From Minisyncoccia bacterium (GTDB taxonomy: Bacteria; Patescibacteriota; Minisyncoccia; SW-4-49-11), in contig JBIKVS010000003.1 in NCBI GenBank assembly GCA_044356725.1, positions 1 through 64,000 of the forward strand: 64,000 bases of DNA, in the 5' to 3' direction. This document shows positions 61,353 to 64,000 of the stretch, piece by piece. Positions within the stretch are counted from its first letter, which is position 1; every line of letters begins with the position of its first letter. Below the pieces are notes generated by a model. It made no database searches, was not told the origin of the DNA, and saw only the letters and a list, made by a program, of their open reading frames with translations. The position numbers and the translations under genes were made by a program.

Positions 61353-62411
61353 TCATATTTTAGTATTTTTGACAATGAATTTGGTTATAGAAAAAGAAAT
61401 TATAATGAGAGTTCCCATTCCAACAACAAATATAATTAATTTACCTCTGGTTTCTAAGGTTAAGGCTGATATTCCAAATATTATACTAATTGTATACATA
61501 ATTGCTACAGATATTCTTTGACTTAGTCCAGCTTGTAATAATTTGTGATGAAAATGCCTATTATCTGCCTCAAATATAGATTTTTGGTTCCATATTCTTT
61601 GAGAAATGACTACAATAGCATCTATAATTGGAAAAGCCAAAACTAAAGCAGAAGTAGCTATTTTTCCTCCACTAATTAAAGATAAAACAGCCAACATATA
61701 GCCTAGAAACATACTACCATAAGTCCCTAAGAATATTTTTGATGGATGCCAGTTAAATTTTAAAAAACCCAAATAAATACCTGTTAATATAATTGTAATA
61801 AGAGCAATATGAGGCTGATTTACAAATAACGTTAACGATAATATAAACAAAGTTATAAATCCAATTATACCAACCCCTCCAGCTAATCCGTCTATTCCAT
61901 CTAGCCAATTTACTACATTCATAAGTCCTACAATCCAAAGTGCTGTTATGATATCTTGAGGAAAGACAATTCCAAAAAATTTATAGCTATCTATAAACCA
62001 CAAATCTCCATTTGGCAAATTAATAGCTTGGATACCGACCCCAGACCAAATCACAATACCAGCTATACCGAATTGCCAAATAAATTGACTACTCCAATGT
62101 AGATCTAATTTTTCATCTATATATCCATATATCAATATTCCAATAGCTCCTAATATCATTCCCAGAAATTCATTTTGCCAAGGTAATAATCCTGTACTTA
62201 AAAGAGTAAGCGTTGTTAGTATAAATATAGGTATAATTACTAAACCACCAATCTTAGGTTTAATGCCACTGTGAATGTCTCTTTTACGGACTTTACTGTC
62301 AAAAATTTTTTCTGTCCATTTTTTAGATAATATGAATCTAAAGCTAAAAAATGTTATAAAATAAACTACATTAAGAACTCCAATATATATCCATATATTA
62401 TCCCACTCCAT
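61353..62411 (-). CDS. Undecaprenyl-phosphate GlcNAc-1-P transferase (WecA/TagO family)
   Basis: PKIGG, NWLDGIDGLA, PSKIFLG, DNRHFHHKL. Confidence 0.9.
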   Translation of the reverse strand: MEWDNIWIYIGVLNVVYFITFFSFRFILSKKWTEKIFDSKVRKRDIHSGIKPKIGGLVIIPIFILTTLTLLSTGLLPWQNEFLGMILGAIGILIYGYIDEKLDLHWSSQFIWQFGIAGIVIWSGVGIQAINLPNGDLWFIDSYKFFGIVFPQDIITALWIVGLMNVVNWLDGIDGLAGGVGIIGFITLFILSLTLFVNQPHIALITIILTGIYLGFLKFNWHPSKIFLGTYGSMFLGYMLAVLSLISGGKIATSALVLAFPIIDAIVVISQRIWNQKSIFEADNRHFHHKLLQAGLSQRISVAIMYTISIIFGISALTLETRGKLIIFVVGMGTLIIISFSITKFIVKNTKI

Positions 62412-62413
62412 AC

Positions 62414-62935
62414 TTAAGCAGCTACTTTAACTCGAGCGGAACGGATTAAACTTCCATTTAATTTATACCCTACTTGTAAAACCTCTATAATAGTATTTTG
62501 TTTAGAACTATCTTCTAGCTCAATGCTATCAACAGCCTCATATATATTAGGATTAAATATCTCTCCAACAGGATCAATGATTTCAACACCCTCATCAATT
62601 AAAATATCTTGCAGTTGTTTATGAATATATACTATACCTTGAACCCAATTATTATCTTGTAATTCTACTGGTAGATGCTTGGTAGCTAATGCAAAGTTAT
62701 CAAATACTGGGATTAGATTTTCGATTAAACCTTTATTAGCTAATTTAATACTATCTAATCTAGCTTTTTCTGATTCTTTCTTTAGATTCTGATAATCTGC
62801 TTGTGCTCTTTGCCAACCAGCTAGATTATAAGCTGACTCCTCTTTGATTGTTTCAAGTAATTGCTCCAAATCTAAATTTTCTTGAGGTTGATTCTTATTA
62901 TTAATTTCTTCCGTTTGATTATCTTTCTTCTTCAT
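62414..62935 (-). CDS. grpE: Nucleotide exchange factor GrpE
   Basis: WQRAQADYQN, LIPVFDNF, FNP, GYKLNGSLIRSARV. Confidence 0.95.
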   Translation of the reverse strand: MKKKDNQTEEINNKNQPQENLDLEQLLETIKEESAYNLAGWQRAQADYQNLKKESEKARLDSIKLANKGLIENLIPVFDNFALATKHLPVELQDNNWVQGIVYIHKQLQDILIDEGVEIIDPVGEIFNPNIYEAVDSIELEDSSKQNTIIEVLQVGYKLNGSLIRSARVKVAA

Positions 62936-63641
62936 AATTATTACTATTAAGCATATATTCTACCATGGCTATATTCTTTGCATATTGCATACCTTTTGGT
63001 CCAACTACAACTATTGTACCATCATCTGAGTCAATTGAAAACTTTCCTACTATAACAGAATATTTGTGCATGGAAGTGTGTGGACTTTCCTCCCCAATAT
63101 ATAGTTTATAGCTACCATGACCAACATCTTTACTAATTTCATCAATATGAGATTTAATTTCCTCTAAATCATCAAGCGCATCTCTAATGAACTCTACTGA
63201 TGAAAACCCTGGTTGTGTTAAAAAATTAGACATACCTTCTTCAAAGATCAAATCTGATGATAATTTACCCATCGCTACATTTCCTGATTCATGTGCAAAA
63301 GATAATAATAGTTTTTTTAGCTTAAGATGAATTTCACTCATCTTATTCATATCATTCAGTAGTTTATGAGTGACTGACGCATATTGACGCAGAATTTCTT
63401 GTCTCCCTAAAAGTCTGTTTACATAATATCTATAGCCTTGGTCTGTTGGGATTCTACCCGATGATGTATGAACTTGTTTTAAATAACCTTCTTCTTCTAA
63501 TTCAGCCAATTCATTTCTAATAGTAGCACTAGAGTATGGTAGTTGATATTTTTTCTGAATTGTAAAGGATGACACAGGCTGAGCTGTATCGATATAATCA
63601 AGGATTACATATTCTAAAAATTGTTCTTTTCTACTGTCCAT
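62919..63641 (-). CDS. hrcA: Heat-inducible repressor HrcA (short form)
   Basis: SSATIRNELAELEEEGYL.Q.HTSSGRIPTDQGYRYYV; GPKGMQY. Confidence 0.93.
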   Translation of the reverse strand: MDSRKEQFLEYVILDYIDTAQPVSSFTIQKKYQLPYSSATIRNELAELEEEGYLKQVHTSSGRIPTDQGYRYYVNRLLGRQEILRQYASVTHKLLNDMNKMSEIHLKLKKLLLSFAHESGNVAMGKLSSDLIFEEGMSNFLTQPGFSSVEFIRDALDDLEEIKSHIDEISKDVGHGSYKLYIGEESPHTSMHKYSVIVGKFSIDSDDGTIVVVGPKGMQYAKNIAMVEYMLNSNNYEEER

Positions 63642-63649
63642 ATGTACAC

Positions 63650-63678
63650 ATTATAGCATATAATTAACATTTTTTCAA
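63650..63678 (-). promoter_or_regulatory. hrcA promoter, predicted near-leaderless transcript
   Basis: TTGAAA 63673-78, 17 bp, TG-C-TATAAT 63650-55; ATG 8 nt downstream. Confidence 0.65.
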
Positions 63679-63690
63679 TGTTTGAGTTTG

Positions 63691-64000
63691 TTATTTATCT
63701 ATAATATCATTTAATTGTACTTTGATTATGTCTCCTCTTTTTATTGAATGTATTAAAAGATAATTAGCTAAATATGTCTCTAAGATTGATGATATAGTAC
63801 GCTCTAATTCACGAGCACCAAAGTCGGGATTGTAGCCTTTTTCTGCTAAATATCTAATAACCTCATTATCCACCTCAAGCCTAACACCCCTTTCCTCATC
63901 AAAGCTTTGAATCATACCTTCTATTATTTTACTAGCTATTTCACTTACAGTGTCTATATCTAATGGATAGTACACTATTACATCTGTAAATCTGTTAATA
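63691..64000 (-). CDS. Clp AAA+ ATPase C-terminal part (5' end outside window)
   Basis: INRFTDVIVYYPL...GYNPDFGARELERTI. Confidence 0.88.
   Translation of the reverse strand, partial: INRFTDVIVYYPLDIDTVSEIASKIIEGMIQSFDEERGVRLEVDNEVIRYLAEKGYNPDFGARELERTISSILETYLANYLLIHSIKRGDIIKVQLNDIIDK

Overview
AT-rich bacterial chromosome segment, translation table 11, most genes on the minus strand. Gene content, short EF-Ts, N-truncated MurF, SD-less starts and many type IV pilins suggest Patescibacteria/CPR (inference). The housekeeping backbone has split dcw genes (mraZ-rsmH-ftsL-like-ftsI-murF-xseB; mraY-murD-ftsW; rodA), gatCA, lon, rpsB-tsf, pth, ndk, groSL with a CIRCE, hrcA-grpE, a Clp ATPase fragment and tRNA-Phe. 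Accessory content: (i) nine pilin/pseudopilin genes, five fused to different C-terminal adhesin-type modules, one under a consensus promoter with a G7 spacer tract and two tandem pilins with a DnaA box just upstream of the -35; (ii) four GC-rich intergenic islands built from a C-GNA-G hairpin repeat family, GTAG REP-like palindromes, 7-mer arrays and nested inserts, one still carrying a DUF559 endonuclease pseudogene missed by the ORF track; (iii) an IS30 remnant truncating a DedA/TVP38 gene beside an ArsR-thioredoxin-CcdA/DUF3179 cassette; (iv) a delta-60 repeat protein with a recent 360-bp duplication. No CRISPR array, rRNA or reverse transcriptase is visible. All family assignments come from motif recognition by eye, not database searches.
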